64,000 nucleotides of DNA from Acidimicrobiia bacterium (lineage in GTDB: Bacteria; Actinomycetota; Acidimicrobiia; Spongiisociales; Spongiisociaceae): NCBI GenBank assembly GCA_041576165.1, contig JBFGLM010000006.1, positions 74,458 through 138,457 of the forward strand. The letters run 5' to 3'. The number at the start of each line of letters is the position of its first letter. The stretch's first letter is position 1. Made by a program: the position numbers and the translations under genes. Positions 46,602 through 56,847 of this stretch are shown in pieces. The notes under the pieces are model-generated. The model was not told the origin of the DNA. It ran no database searches and saw only the letters and a list, made by a program, of their open reading frames with translations.

Positions 46602-47507
46602 ATGGCCGCGCACGTACGGGTCGGGCTGGTGCTGGGAGGTGGTGGAGCGGGCGGCTGGATGTTTCACGCCGGGGTGGTCCGGGCCCTCGAGCGCCGATTC
46701 GCATGGGATGCGGCGGGGGCTGCGATCACGATCGGCACCTCGGCCGGGGCGTCAGTCGCAGCCGGCCTCCGCCTCGGTTGCAGCGTCGATGAGATTGTGG
46801 CCGAGCTGGACCGACCTCCGAGCGACGCCGAAATGCGCCAGTTCCAGGAAATCATGGACGCCAAGCCGTGGCAGTGGAAACCCCTGCAGCCGGGGCTGCT
46901 GAAGGAGCTGCTCCCGGGACGTAAGGGTGCTGGGGTAGCGCTGTCCGGCTTACTTCCGCCCGGACGCTACCCAACCTGGCCGCTGGCCCGCATCGGTGGC
47001 AGGCTGGAGAACGGACAATGGCCGGAAAGGCTCTGGATCACGGCCACCAGAGCGGCCGACGGTTCCCTGATCGTATTCGGCCGCGATGCGCACACGGCCG
47101 GGCTCGGTGAGGCAATCGAGGCGTCATGCGCCCTGCCCGGGGTGATGGAGCCGAAGCTGATCGAGGGTGTGCACTACATCGACGGTGGCGCTCTCTCCCC
47201 GACTCATGCCGACCTGACGGCGGATGCGGCGGTTGATATCACCATTGTCTCGTCGCCGATGACACGGCCGGGACGGCGGCCACTCGGAATCCTGGCGCGA
47301 CGGCGGCTCACCGAGGAGGTGGACGAGATCACCCGGCGCGGGATCATCGCGGTTGTCGCAGAGCCCCCCGACGGCACCGACGCGATGTTTCGGGACTATC
47401 CCCGCAGGGATCGAGCAGTCGGGGCCGACATCCGGCTGATGGGTGAAGCGGCCGCCGAGGTCGCCATGGTCGCAGCCGGTCTCGGCCCGGGCGATCTCGG
47501 TACCTGA
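46602..47507 (+). CDS. Patatin-like phospholipase
   Basis: LGGGGAGG, GTSAG, ASCALP and DGG motifs. Confidence 0.9.
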   Translation: MAAHVRVGLVLGGGGAGGWMFHAGVVRALERRFAWDAAGAAITIGTSAGASVAAGLRLGCSVDEIVAELDRPPSDAEMRQFQEIMDAKPWQWKPLQPGLLKELLPGRKGAGVALSGLLPPGRYPTWPLARIGGRLENGQWPERLWITATRAADGSLIVFGRDAHTAGLGEAIEASCALPGVMEPKLIEGVHYIDGGALSPTHADLTADAAVDITIVSSPMTRPGRRPLGILARRRLTEEVDEITRRGIIAVVAEPPDGTDAMFRDYPRRDRAVGADIRLMGEAAAEVAMVAAGLGPGDLGT

Positions 47508-47521
47508 TCCCGCTTGCACTT

Positions 47522-47543
47522 TATATAAGTATTTGCTTATATA
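47522..47543. promoter_or_regulatory. ArsR-type operator palindrome overlapping the promoter
   Basis: TATATAAG-TATTTG-CTTATATA directly upstream of the ArsR ATG. Confidence 0.7.
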
Positions 47544-47551
47544 TTGGCGAG

Positions 47552-47860
47552 ATGACCGCCACCGTGTTCAAAGCCATTAGCGATCCAACCCGCCGGGCGC
47601 TGCTCGACCAACTGTTGGGCGGTCCCTTGCCGGTGAAAGAGCTTCAGGCGCCGGCCGCGATCTCGCAACCGGCGCTGTCACAGCATCTCAAGGTTCTGCG
47701 CGACGCCGGACTGGTCGTGGTGAGCAAACAGGGGCGTGAGCGGCACTACGCGCTCGAGGTGGGGGCGCTGCAACCCCTGTTCGACTGGATCGGCCGGTAC
47801 GAGCGCTTCTGGGACGAGCGGCTTACTGCGCTTGGCCATTATCTGGAGGATGACACCTGA
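47552..47860 (+). CDS. ArsR/SmtB family transcriptional regulator
   Basis: FKAISDPTRR, ISQPALSQHLKVLRDAGLV and GRERHY motifs. Confidence 0.92.
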   Translation: MTATVFKAISDPTRRALLDQLLGGPLPVKELQAPAAISQPALSQHLKVLRDAGLVVVSKQGRERHYALEVGALQPLFDWIGRYERFWDERLTALGHYLEDDT

Positions 47861-48333
47861 TGATCAAACGAGACATCGTTCGCACGGTCGACTACCCGTA
47901 CCCGGCGGAACGAGTCTGGGAGGCATTGACATCGGCGGAGGCGCTCTCCAGCTGGCTGATGCCGAACGACTTCGTGGCCGAAGTGGGTCATGAGTTCACG
48001 TTCACCACCGATCCCGGACCGGGATTCGACGGGATCGTCCACTGCGAGGTGCTGTCGCTGGATCCACCACGGGCGATGACATGGTCGTGGCGCGGCGGCC
48101 CCATCAACACCACCGTGGAGTTTCTGTTATCCCCGATTCCGACGGGTACGCGGCTGCATTTTGCGCAGCGAGGCTTCCGGGGCCCGGCTGCCGTTGCGGT
48201 GAGTTACGTGCTGAGCAGCGGCTTCGGCCGCATGTTCGAGCGGGCGCTCCCCGCCTACCTGTCCGGTGCTCCGATCGACCCCTGCCACGGCTGGCTCGGT
48301 CGCATACTGCAACGCAGGGAGGAGTCGACATGA
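47860..48333 (+). CDS. SRPBCC (AHA1/CalC-like) domain protein
   Basis: ERVWEALT...L..WLMPNDF..EVG..F.F. TGATG coupling to the ArsR gene. Confidence 0.88.
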   Translation: MIKRDIVRTVDYPYPAERVWEALTSAEALSSWLMPNDFVAEVGHEFTFTTDPGPGFDGIVHCEVLSLDPPRAMTWSWRGGPINTTVEFLLSPIPTGTRLHFAQRGFRGPAAVAVSYVLSSGFGRMFERALPAYLSGAPIDPCHGWLGRILQRREEST

Positions 48334-48700
48334 CCGACCGTACGACCGTGCTCAACCCCAACACAGGTCGGGAAGTCACGACGATCGCCACCTCCATCTA
48401 CCAACCCGTACGCGAGGCGATCCTGGCTGCGGTCGACGAGGCAGGAGAGGACGGCCTGGCATCGGGGAGCTTTCCGCCACGGTCGAGCGCCGTACGGACC
48501 CGACGCTGGGGGCGAAGGCGAACGTCGGCCGGTACACGACCACCGTCAAGCTCGATCTGGAGACCCGGGGTGTGATCGAGAAGGTTCCCGGCAGCCGTCC
48601 GCAGCGCCTGGTGCTCTCCCCGCGAGCCCGAACCGCCCGATCGCCAAGTCCGGCCGGCCCCGGAAACCTCCCGGCATCCACCCGGCGCCGGCGCCCCTAA
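48330..48700 (+). pseudogene. Frameshifted DUF6958-like winged-helix gene
   Basis: RBS GGAGGAG + ATG 48330 gives MTDRTTVLNPNTG...YQPVREAIL...GLA. The conserved-looking C-half (ELSATVE...YTTTVKLDLETRGVIEKVPGSRPQRL) continues in another frame after about 48462. Confidence 0.7.
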
Positions 48701-48736
48701 CATCGCCCGCTCACACACAGGAGTGTCTGGCGAGCC

Positions 48737-50167
48737 GTGCCCAGGTCCAGAAGCTTCCAGGCCCAGTTCGGCGCCAATTATTGGAAGCTGTGGACTGCGA
48801 GCGTGGTCTCCAATTTCGGAGACGGACTCGCAGTGGTGGCATATCCGTGGCTGGCCAGTTCCATAACGCGGAACCCGCTGCACCTGGCCGGCGTCACGAT
48901 CGCCACCCGGCTGCCCTGGGCCTTGCTGTCGCTTCCCGCCGGCGTCGTGGCCGACCGGGTCGATCGACGCAAGTTGATGGGCTGGAGCGACGCCTTCCGG
49001 TTCGGAATCACGCTTCTGATGGCAGTCGCCGTGACGATTGGAGCCGGGAGGTTTCCGGGTCCGGCCGACCTGGCGTCGGGCGCGGCGACCGCCCCCTCCG
49101 GGGTTGGCATCTACCTCGGGCTGCTGTATGCAACTGCGCTGCTGTCCGGGAGCGCCGAGGTGCTACGCGACAACGCCGCCCAGACACTGATGCCGTCGTT
49201 GGTGCGACCCGAGCAGCTGGAGCGGGCCAACGGGCGCCTGTGGGGCGCTGAGATGTTGATGAACTCATTCGTTGGGCCGCCGCTGGCCGGCGTCTTGATC
49301 GCCTTCTCCCTGGCGCTCCCGTTCTATCTGGACGCAGGGACCTTCCTGGTTGCTGCCTTGCTGGTCCTGGCGATTGCGGGGGACTTTCGGAGCGAACGGG
49401 CCAAGACAGCCGCCCGTACCAGCGTCCGTTGGTGGAGCGAGATCAAAGAGGGCGTCAGCTGGCTGTGGCAGCACCGGTTGCTGCGTTCCCTGGCGGTGAT
49501 CCTCGGCCTGCTCAACGCCCTCTCGATGATGACGTTGGCGACGTACGTCTTCTTCGTGCAAGAGGTGCTCAACCTCGATTCCTCCGGGTTCGGGCTGCTT
49601 CTCACAGCCGGCGCCTTCGGAGGCGCGATCGGAAGTGTGGCCGCCGCCTGGATATCTGAGCGGCTGGGCCCCGGCGGAGCTTTGTTCAGCGCCATCGGTT
49701 TCATGTTCCTCCAGGCTGCCATAACGGGGCTCACGTCCAGCGCCATCGTCGTGTGGGTGGTGTTCCTGATCGGCACGTTCTGGGGTGTCGTTTGGAACGT
49801 CATCACCGTTTCCTTGCGCCAGCAGGTCATTCCGGACGACCTGCTGGGCCGCGTTAACAGCGTGTACCGGTTCTTCGGCTGGGGGATGATGCCGATCGGA
49901 TCGCTGGCGGGCGGAATCGTGGTCGCTGTGACGGAAACCGTCGCCTCCCGCGAGCTGGCGCTCCGTATGCCGTTCTTTGTGGAGGCAGTGGTACTGGTCG
50001 GGATCTTCGTCGTGGCGTTGGGTCGGCTCAACACCTCGCACATCGAAGCGGCCAGGCGCTCAGCTCAGTCCTCGCCGAGCACCTCTGCCGATTCTTCGGG
50101 TTCGGCTTCCTCGGGTTCGGCCGATGGGCCGGGCGAATCGTCCCCGGGAGCGTCACCGGCAACCTGA
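48737..50167 (+). CDS. MFS transporter (MFS_3/H+ antiporter-like)
   Basis: LWTASVVSNFGDG, GVVADRVDRR, LERANGRL and LLGRVNS motifs. Confidence 0.92.
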   Translation: MPRSRSFQAQFGANYWKLWTASVVSNFGDGLAVVAYPWLASSITRNPLHLAGVTIATRLPWALLSLPAGVVADRVDRRKLMGWSDAFRFGITLLMAVAVTIGAGRFPGPADLASGAATAPSGVGIYLGLLYATALLSGSAEVLRDNAAQTLMPSLVRPEQLERANGRLWGAEMLMNSFVGPPLAGVLIAFSLALPFYLDAGTFLVAALLVLAIAGDFRSERAKTAARTSVRWWSEIKEGVSWLWQHRLLRSLAVILGLLNALSMMTLATYVFFVQEVLNLDSSGFGLLLTAGAFGGAIGSVAAAWISERLGPGGALFSAIGFMFLQAAITGLTSSAIVVWVVFLIGTFWGVVWNVITVSLRQQVIPDDLLGRVNSVYRFFGWGMMPIGSLAGGIVVAVTETVASRELALRMPFFVEAVVLVGIFVVALGRLNTSHIEAARRSAQSSPSTSADSSGSASSGSADGPGESSPGASPAT

Positions 50168-50670
50168 GCTCTCCGCGGCCCCTGGCGCGGCCCCGCGGCC
50201 CAGAGAGCGAGGAGTGCCAGAGATGTCGCCAGCAGCCCCACCGCGGCCCACCCCCACCGGCGGCTGGCCCGGCTCACGAGCGGTGCGTCATCGGGCTCCG
50301 GCTCGACGGTGGCGAACGGCCGGTCGGGCTCGAGCAGGACCGGATCGAGCCCGAGGCTCGTCAACGTCACCGGCTGCGACAGCACGCTGTCCCCGGGCGC
50401 CAGCGCTTCGAATACCACTACGACATCCGCAGCGGGCAGGGTCAACACTGCGCCGTAACGCCCCGAGCCGCGGTCGTTGAGGGTGGCCGTCGTCTGCTCG
50501 CCGCCCGGATCGGCCACGTGGGCGAGGATCGTCGAGATGTTCAGCGCATCGACGCCCACTTCGAGGTTCACCTCGATTCGGTCGCCTTGCCGGGTTCCCG
50601 AAGCGGAGGCATCGGTGAAGGGAGCACCCAGTTGGGCGAACAGCAGCAGGGCGGTGACGAGCGTGACCAT
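50065..50670 (-). CDS. Hypothetical secreted protein with C-terminal TM anchor
   Basis: N-terminal signal-like segment, beta-rich domain, TM WGWAAVGLLATSLALLALWA, acidic tail overlapping the MFS 3' end. Confidence 0.65.
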   Translation of the reverse strand: MVTLVTALLLFAQLGAPFTDASASGTRQGDRIEVNLEVGVDALNISTILAHVADPGGEQTTATLNDRGSGRYGAVLTLPAADVVVVFEALAPGDSVLSQPVTLTSLGLDPVLLEPDRPFATVEPEPDDAPLVSRASRRWGWAAVGLLATSLALLALWAAGPRQGPRRAQVAGDAPGDDSPGPSAEPEEAEPEESAEVLGED

Positions 50671-50771
50671 CAGTCTCTCAGCGTACCGCCTCGTGCGTAC
50701 TGATCTTGGGCGGCCCCGGGCCTGCTCCGGCGACGCCGTCCGGGTGGTGGCGTATGGCGTACGCTTAGCCG

Positions 50772-51296
50772 ATGGGGCACAGCACTCGACTCACCGCCCG
50801 GCAGGGCGATCTGACCGCCCAGGAGGTCGACGCAATCGTGAATGCCGCCAACGAGCAACTGCAGCACGGCGGCGGAGTGGCAGCCGCCATCGTACGAGCG
50901 GGCGGCGCCAGCATCCAGGAGGAGAGCAACGCATGGGTCTCCGAGAACGGGCCCGTGCGGCCGGGCGAGGCCGCGTTGACCGGAGCCGGCGCACTGTCCG
51001 CCCGCTGGGTCATCCATGTGGTTGGGCCCCGGCATGCGCAAGGACAGGACAACAAGGGCCGCCTGGCCGAAGCTGTGACTGCGGCACTCGACGCAGCAGC
51101 CGCGGCGGGGGCGTCGTCGGTCGCCATGCCGGCCATCAGCACCGGCATATTCGGCTACCCGCCGGACGAGGCGGTCCCAGTGATCGTTGCGGCCGCACGG
51201 CGGTGGGCCGACGAACATCCCGATGAACTGCAGGAGGTTCGTTTCGTGGGTTACGACGAAACAATGACCGATCGGTTCCGCCTGGCCCTCGACTGA
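50772..51296 (+). CDS. Macro domain protein (ADP-ribose hydrolase, MacroD/YmdB-like)
   Basis: GDLT...DAIVNAAN..L.HGGGVA.AI, IHVVGP and PAISTGIFGYP motifs. Leaderless TACGCT-6nt-ATG. Confidence 0.93.
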   Translation: MGHSTRLTARQGDLTAQEVDAIVNAANEQLQHGGGVAAAIVRAGGASIQEESNAWVSENGPVRPGEAALTGAGALSARWVIHVVGPRHAQGQDNKGRLAEAVTAALDAAAAAGASSVAMPAISTGIFGYPPDEAVPVIVAAARRWADEHPDELQEVRFVGYDETMTDRFRLALD

Positions 51297-51398
51297 GTCG
51301 TGCCCAGCTCCATTTGACCGGCTGCGCCCGCTCGTACCGGTCTGCTTCTGCGGCAGCGATACCTCAACCCAAGTCTCCAGGCAGACGAAACACTTCAC

Positions 51399-53624
51399 AT
51401 GGGCGCGCGCACAGTCGGGGTCGATCGTGGGGGGTTGGCGGTGGCTGCTGCCTTGCTCGTCTTGGTTGGAGCCTGCGCCATCCCGGTTGAGCCGGCCGGG
51501 GTGGCGCCGGACCCGGGCGGGCCTTCGGTGGCATCGCCGTCGTCCTCCACCACGGCGGCAACGCGCCCGCTCCTCGTAAGCCGGGCCCAGCGTCCCCGCG
51601 CCGCCGAACCCGCTGCACGCCCGGCCTACCCCCCAGCCTGCGCCGGATCGTTGGCAGATGGCGCCGCAGTACCGCTCGACGACTGGGCGCCGGTCGTCCA
51701 GACGTCGCGGGGGCTGCTGCGGGTGGCGACCGCCCAGGACGGGGCGTTCCTGGTTCACACCGCTGGAGGTGACCGTTCGTTTCTCAACGGAGTGAACCTC
51801 GGCGCCGCTCTGCCCGGGAGCACGCCGGGAGAGTGGGCGGCAGGAGCGCGAACGTACACGGCCTGGCTGAGGCAGATCGGATCAATCGGATTCCGGTCCA
51901 TCCGTACGTACGCGCTGCATCCGGCATCGTTTTACGCGGCATTGGCCGACTACAACCGCCGGCACCCCCAGGCGCCGATATACCTGATACAGGGCGTATC
52001 AATGCCGGAGGAGGCGCTGAGCGGAACAACCAATCTGTTCAGCAGCAAGGTAACCGTCCCCTTCGACACAGCGATCGAGAACACCGTGGCTGCGCTGCGA
52101 GGCGACCATGTGCCGGATGACGTCCGGATGGGGCGCTACGAGGCCGATGTGACTCCCTGGCTCGCCGGAATGATCATCGGCGCGGAGTGGGATCCAGGGC
52201 TCATCGCCGCATCCGACGCCACCAACCGGGATAGGCCGCACACCGCCGGGACGTATGTCGATTCCGTGCCGGGGTCGACTCCAACGGAAGTCTGGCTCGC
52301 CCGCAGGCTCGAGACGGCGGCCGCTGCGCTCGCTGGGGCGGGCGTGGCGGCGCCGCTCTCGTTTGTGAACCGGCCGGCCACCGATCCGCTGCGTCATCCG
52401 GCAGCAACGACCGCCGAACTCGACCTGGTCGGTATCGACGCCAATCACGTGGTGGCCCGGCCCACATGGCCGGCCGGCCTCTTTGCGACCTACCACGCCT
52501 ATCCCTACCTTGCGGACTTCCTGGAATCGGAGTCCGGCATCGCCGGTTCCGAGGGAGACGTTGACCCGTTCTTCGGCTACCTGGCCAGTCTGCGCGACCA
52601 CCACCGGGACTTGCCGGTGATCCTGGGCGAGTTTGGCGTACCGGGCGGATGGGTTCCGGCCGGGCACGGCCCAAGCGTCTACAACCACGGGGGCTACCTC
52701 GAATCGGCCCAGATGGCGATGAACGCCGAGCTGCTGGAGACTGCGCGGGAGACGGGCCTGGGCGGGGCAATCATGTTCGAGTGGGTCGACGAGTGGTTCA
52801 AACCGACCTGGAACATGACCGATCTCGAACTCGCTCCTGCCGGTACATGGCACAACTTGGCGGCCCCCGACCAACATTTCGGGATCATGGCCGTCGAGCC
52901 CATCCCGGCCGCCCACCTCGACGGGTCGGCGGAGGAATGGGATGTCATGCACGTCATCGCAGAAGGTCCCGGGCTGTCGATGACGGCCGCCCACGACGCC
53001 GGGGCGCTGTACGTGATGGTGCGGGGTGCGCTACCCGATCAGTTCGAAATCCGCTTCGACAGTGATCCCCGCCTGGTGCATCGGTCGGACCCCCAGGATC
53101 AGCTGGGAGATCTGGCCGTCCGGTTCACGCCTGAGGAAGCCAGGGTGCTCGAGCGCACCGCCTACGAAGTGGCCCAGATGCCCACCGGCGAGGGAGAACT
53201 CGACACGGTGCGTCCCGGAGAATCCGGCGAGTGGACACCTTTCGAGTTCCTGACGAGATACCCGACGGAGCAAGTTCCGGCCGACACCTTCGAACTCGGA
53301 CCGTTGCGCCGCTCGCTGGCGGACGGCACCGGCACCGTGCCGGCCCCCGAGGCAGGTTGGGGACGCACCCGCAACGTGGTAGAAGTCCGAATTCCTTGGG
53401 TCGTGCTGTCTCAGGGCGATCCTTCCCAGGGGCTTGCACTGCGCTGGTCGGAGGGCCGATCGGTGTCCACGCAGACGTCCCTCGAGATCACTGCTCTGAT
53501 CGGCGACTCGACCCTGTCCGGCTCGTACGATTGGGAACCCTGGTCCGTGCCGCTCTACCGCCAGCGCATGAAGGCCGGCAGTGGCCGGCTGGCCGCCGCA
53601 GTGTGCCGTACGGCCTACAGCTGA
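51399..53624 (+). CDS. Lipoprotein with GH2-like TIM-barrel glycoside hydrolase domain
   Basis: Lipobox VGAC, GVNLG, IRTY, GAEW, YHAYPY, GEFG and FEWVDEWFK.TWN motifs. Confidence 0.75.
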   Translation: MGARTVGVDRGGLAVAAALLVLVGACAIPVEPAGVAPDPGGPSVASPSSSTTAATRPLLVSRAQRPRAAEPAARPAYPPACAGSLADGAAVPLDDWAPVVQTSRGLLRVATAQDGAFLVHTAGGDRSFLNGVNLGAALPGSTPGEWAAGARTYTAWLRQIGSIGFRSIRTYALHPASFYAALADYNRRHPQAPIYLIQGVSMPEEALSGTTNLFSSKVTVPFDTAIENTVAALRGDHVPDDVRMGRYEADVTPWLAGMIIGAEWDPGLIAASDATNRDRPHTAGTYVDSVPGSTPTEVWLARRLETAAAALAGAGVAAPLSFVNRPATDPLRHPAATTAELDLVGIDANHVVARPTWPAGLFATYHAYPYLADFLESESGIAGSEGDVDPFFGYLASLRDHHRDLPVILGEFGVPGGWVPAGHGPSVYNHGGYLESAQMAMNAELLETARETGLGGAIMFEWVDEWFKPTWNMTDLELAPAGTWHNLAAPDQHFGIMAVEPIPAAHLDGSAEEWDVMHVIAEGPGLSMTAAHDAGALYVMVRGALPDQFEIRFDSDPRLVHRSDPQDQLGDLAVRFTPEEARVLERTAYEVAQMPTGEGELDTVRPGESGEWTPFEFLTRYPTEQVPADTFELGPLRRSLADGTGTVPAPEAGWGRTRNVVEVRIPWVVLSQGDPSQGLALRWSEGRSVSTQTSLEITALIGDSTLSGSYDWEPWSVPLYRQRMKAGSGRLAAAVCRTAYS

Positions 53625-53687
53625 TCGGCGTCTTCCCAGCGGTGTGGCGACAACGGCCAGCTACTCTGCGCCCGAACCGGAGGATTC

Positions 53688-55094
53688 ATGAGCACTCCCA
53701 AAACGCTGTTCGAGAAAGTCTGGGACGATCATGTCGTCCGTGAGGCTCCGGGCGAACCCGCGCTGCTCTATGTCGATCTTCATCTGGTGCACGAAGTGAC
53801 CTCGCCGCAGGCGTTTGACAGCTTGCGCCTGTCGGGTCGCACCGTCCGCCGCCCCGACTTGACGATGTCGACCATCGACCACGGGGTGCCGACGGCGGAC
53901 CGTGCGCTCGGCATCCGGGATCCGCTTTCCAAGAAGCAGATCGACACACTCATCCGGAACTGCGTAGAGAACGGGATCACGCTGTTCGGGCTGGACGATC
54001 CCCGCCAAGGGATCGTGCACGTCATCGGGCCCGAGCAGGGGGCGACTCAGCCGGGTATGACGATCGTCTGTGGCGACTCGCATACCGCTACCCACGGCGC
54101 ATTCGGAGCTCTCGCATTCGGTATCGGGACGTCCGAGGTCGAGCACGTCCTCGCCACCCAAACCCTCCCTCAAGCGAAGCCGAAGGCCATGGCGGTCACG
54201 GTGGAGGGTGAGCTGGGCAGGGGCGTGACGTCGAAAGACATCATTCTGGGAATCATCAGCGAGATCGGCGTCGGGGGCGGCATCGGACACGTCATCGAAT
54301 ACCGGGGCTCGGCCATCGAGGGCCTGTCGATGGAAGCCCGCATGACGATCTGCAACATGTCGATCGAAGCCGGCGCCCGGGCCGGGATGATCGCACCCGA
54401 CGACACGACGATCGCCTATCTCGAGGGTCGCCCCTATGCGCCCACCGGAGAGGAATGGGAGGCGGCGGTGGCGTACTGGAGATCGCTGCCCTCCGACCCC
54501 GGAGCGGCCTTCGACACAGAACTCAAGGTCGACGCCACCGAGCTCGCTCCTTACGTGTCGTGGGGAACCAACCCGGCGCAGACGGTCCAGGTCACCGATC
54601 GTGTGCCGCGCCCCCATGAGTTCGACGACCCGCTCGACCAGGACGCATGCGCCCGGGCGCTCGACTACATGGGCCTCGACGGCGGCGAAGCTATCACCGA
54701 CATCCGCCTCGACCGCATCTTCCTCGGATCATGCACGAATGCCCGGATCGAGGATCTGCGCGCCGCCGCCGCAATTGTCGAGGGCAAGGACGTGGCCCCT
54801 GGAATCAGCAACGCCATGGTGGTGCCCGGCTCGGGACTGGTGAAGTTACAGGCCGAAGAGGAGGGCCTGGACCTGGTCTTCAAGGCGGCGGGTTTCGAGT
54901 GGCGCGATGCCGGATGCTCGATGTGCTTGGGCATGAACCCCGACATACTGGCGCCCGGCGAGCGCTGCGCATCCACCTCTAACCGCAATTTCGAAGGCCG
55001 CCAGGGGCGCGGAGGCAGGACCCATCTTGTGAGTCCGGTGATGGCGGCGGCTGCCGCGATCCACGGTCATTTCGTCGACGTTCGGGAGCTGTGA
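53688..55094 (+). CDS. leuC: 3-isopropylmalate dehydratase large subunit
   Basis: [36 protein letters not shown] and [12 protein letters not shown] motifs. Confidence 0.97.
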   Translation: MSTPKTLFEKVWDDHVVREAPGEPALLYVDLHLVHEVTSPQAFDSLRLSGRTVRRPDLTMSTIDHGVPTADRALGIRDPLSKKQIDTLIRNCVENGITLFGLDDPRQGIVHVIGPEQGATQPGMTIVCGDSHTATHGAFGALAFGIGTSEVEHVLATQTLPQAKPKAMAVTVEGELGRGVTSKDIILGIISEIGVGGGIGHVIEYRGSAIEGLSMEARMTICNMSIEAGARAGMIAPDDTTIAYLEGRPYAPTGEEWEAAVAYWRSLPSDPGAAFDTELKVDATELAPYVSWGTNPAQTVQVTDRVPRPHEFDDPLDQDACARALDYMGLDGGEAITDIRLDRIFLGSCTNARIEDLRAAAAIVEGKDVAPGISNAMVVPGSGLVKLQAEEEGLDLVFKAAGFEWRDAGCSMCLGMNPDILAPGERCASTSNRNFEGRQGRGGRTHLVSPVMAAAAAIHGHFVDVREL

Positions 55095-55097
55095 GGC

Positions 55098-55703
55098 ATG
55101 GACCCGATTCGGATCGTCGAAGGCAGCATGGCGCCGCTCCCGCGCTCGAACGTGGATACGGACCAGATCATGCCCAAGCAGTTCTTGAAGCGAGTGGAAC
55201 GTTCGGGCTACGGCGAGTTCGTCTTCTATGACTGGCGGCGCAACGAAGACGGCGAACTCGACGTGTCGTTCGTACTGAACCGGCCCGAGTATCAGGGTGC
55301 CAAGATCCTGGTCACCGGCCCCAACTTCGGCTCGGGTTCTTCTCGGGAACACGCACCCTGGGGCATTCAGGACTGGGGATTCGACGCAGTCATCGCCCCA
55401 TCCTTCGCCGACATCTTCTACAACAACTGCACCAAGATCGGCCTGCTCCCGGTGCCGCTCACGGACAAAGAGGTTCGCTGGCTGACAGAGCTGGCCGAGC
55501 AGGACCCCGCCGCAGTGGTGACGATCGACCTCGCCGAGCAGACCGTTGCGACGGACGGCTTCGAGGCGACCTTCGATATTGACCCGTTCGTCAAGCACCG
55601 GCTGCTCGAAGGCCTCGATGACATCGGCATCACGCTGCGTTACGAGAACGACATCGCCGCCTATGAGGCATCCCGCCCGGGCTACAAGCCGGTGCTGGGT
55701 TAG
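55098..55703 (+). CDS. leuD: 3-isopropylmalate dehydratase small subunit
   Basis: NVDTDQI.PKQFL, NFGSGSSREHAPW and GLDDI motifs. Confidence 0.97.
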   Translation: MDPIRIVEGSMAPLPRSNVDTDQIMPKQFLKRVERSGYGEFVFYDWRRNEDGELDVSFVLNRPEYQGAKILVTGPNFGSGSSREHAPWGIQDWGFDAVIAPSFADIFYNNCTKIGLLPVPLTDKEVRWLTELAEQDPAAVVTIDLAEQTVATDGFEATFDIDPFVKHRLLEGLDDIGITLRYENDIAAYEASRPGYKPVLG

Positions 55704-55721
55704 GCGCCGGCTCGCCCCGGC

Positions 55722-56795
55722 CTACCGGGTCGCGGTCGGCACGCCGTTGTCGCCGGACGCGCCGAGAGCTCGTAGCAGCTCGCGGTTCTCGTCCCTGGTT
55801 CCGATCGTGATTCTCAGGCCGCCTTCGCACAGGGCTACCCTCGAGCGATCCCGCACGATGACACCTTCCGCGGCCAGGCGCGCATAGGTGGTCGGCGCAT
55901 CGGTGAAACGGACGAGCAAGAAGTTCGCATCGGAGGGATGCACGATCTCGACGCCGGGCGCCGACACCAGCCGGGCGGCCAGCCAGGCACGCTCGGCCAC
56001 TATCAGGTCGACAAAGCGGTCCCTTTCCTGTACCCGGCCGGCGGCGTCCATGATCGCGTCCTGCGCCGGCTGGCTGAGGTTGTACGGCAACTTGATCCGG
56101 CCCAACAAGGCTGCGACCGACGGATGCGCCACGGCTATCCCGACCCGGGCGGCGGCCATTCCCCAAGCCTTTGAAAACGTCCGCAGCACCACCAAGTTCG
56201 GGAGATCACCGAGGCGAGGCAACACCGAGCCGTGCGGTGCGAAGTCGATATACGCTTCGTCGACGACGACGAGGCCAGCCGCCGCGCGGGCGACTGCGGC
56301 TATGGCCTCCGGATCCTGCAGGTTGCCGGTCGGGTTGTTGGGTGAGCACAGGAAGACCAGCTTGGTCTCGGCGGTGAGCGCACCGATCACGGCCGGCACG
56401 TTGAGGGTGTAGTCACGGTTGAGCAGGACTTCGCGAGCTTCGACGTCGTTGACTGCCGCAGTCACCGCATACATACCGTAGGTGGGCGGCGTGACCAGCA
56501 CGTGGTCGCTGCCCGGTTCACAGAACGCGTGAATCAAGAGGTCGATGGCTTCGTCGCTGCCATTGCCCACGAACAGCGCTTCCGTTCCCACCCCGAGTGT
56601 CTCGGCCAGGCGGCTCTTGACCCGGCGGTGGTGTGGGTCGGGATAGCGGTTCAGGCCGCCCCCGGTCACGCTTCCGAACGGATTCTCGTTGGCGTCGAGG
56701 TAGACGTGGGCCTCGCCGGTGAAGTCGTCCCGCGCCGAGGTATACGGCTGCACGTCCCGCAGATGGGGGCGGGCGAGGTCGAGCGCATCGAACAC
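55722..56795 (-). CDS. hisC: Histidinol-phosphate aminotransferase
   Basis: LDANENP, NRYPD, NGSDE, CSPNNPTG, DEAY and RTFSKAWGMAAAR motifs. Leaderless TACACT-7nt-GTG. Confidence 0.93.
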   Translation of the reverse strand: MFDALDLARPHLRDVQPYTSARDDFTGEAHVYLDANENPFGSVTGGGLNRYPDPHHRRVKSRLAETLGVGTEALFVGNGSDEAIDLLIHAFCEPGSDHVLVTPPTYGMYAVTAAVNDVEAREVLLNRDYTLNVPAVIGALTAETKLVFLCSPNNPTGNLQDPEAIAAVARAAAGLVVVDEAYIDFAPHGSVLPRLGDLPNLVVLRTFSKAWGMAAARVGIAVAHPSVAALLGRIKLPYNLSQPAQDAIMDAAGRVQERDRFVDLIVAERAWLAARLVSAPGVEIVHPSDANFLLVRFTDAPTTYARLAAEGVIVRDRSRVALCEGGLRITIGTRDENRELLRALGASGDNGVPTATR

Positions 56796-56847
56796 GGCGG
56801 CGAGTGTACGACAGGCTGGTAGGGAGCGGTGCGGTGTCGCCGGGTCG

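Noticed and set aside
50065-50167. 103-nt convergent overlap of the MFS and hypothetical genes as a functional antisense system
   Set aside because: Both overlapping tails are low complexity. Most simply explained by stop-codon drift.
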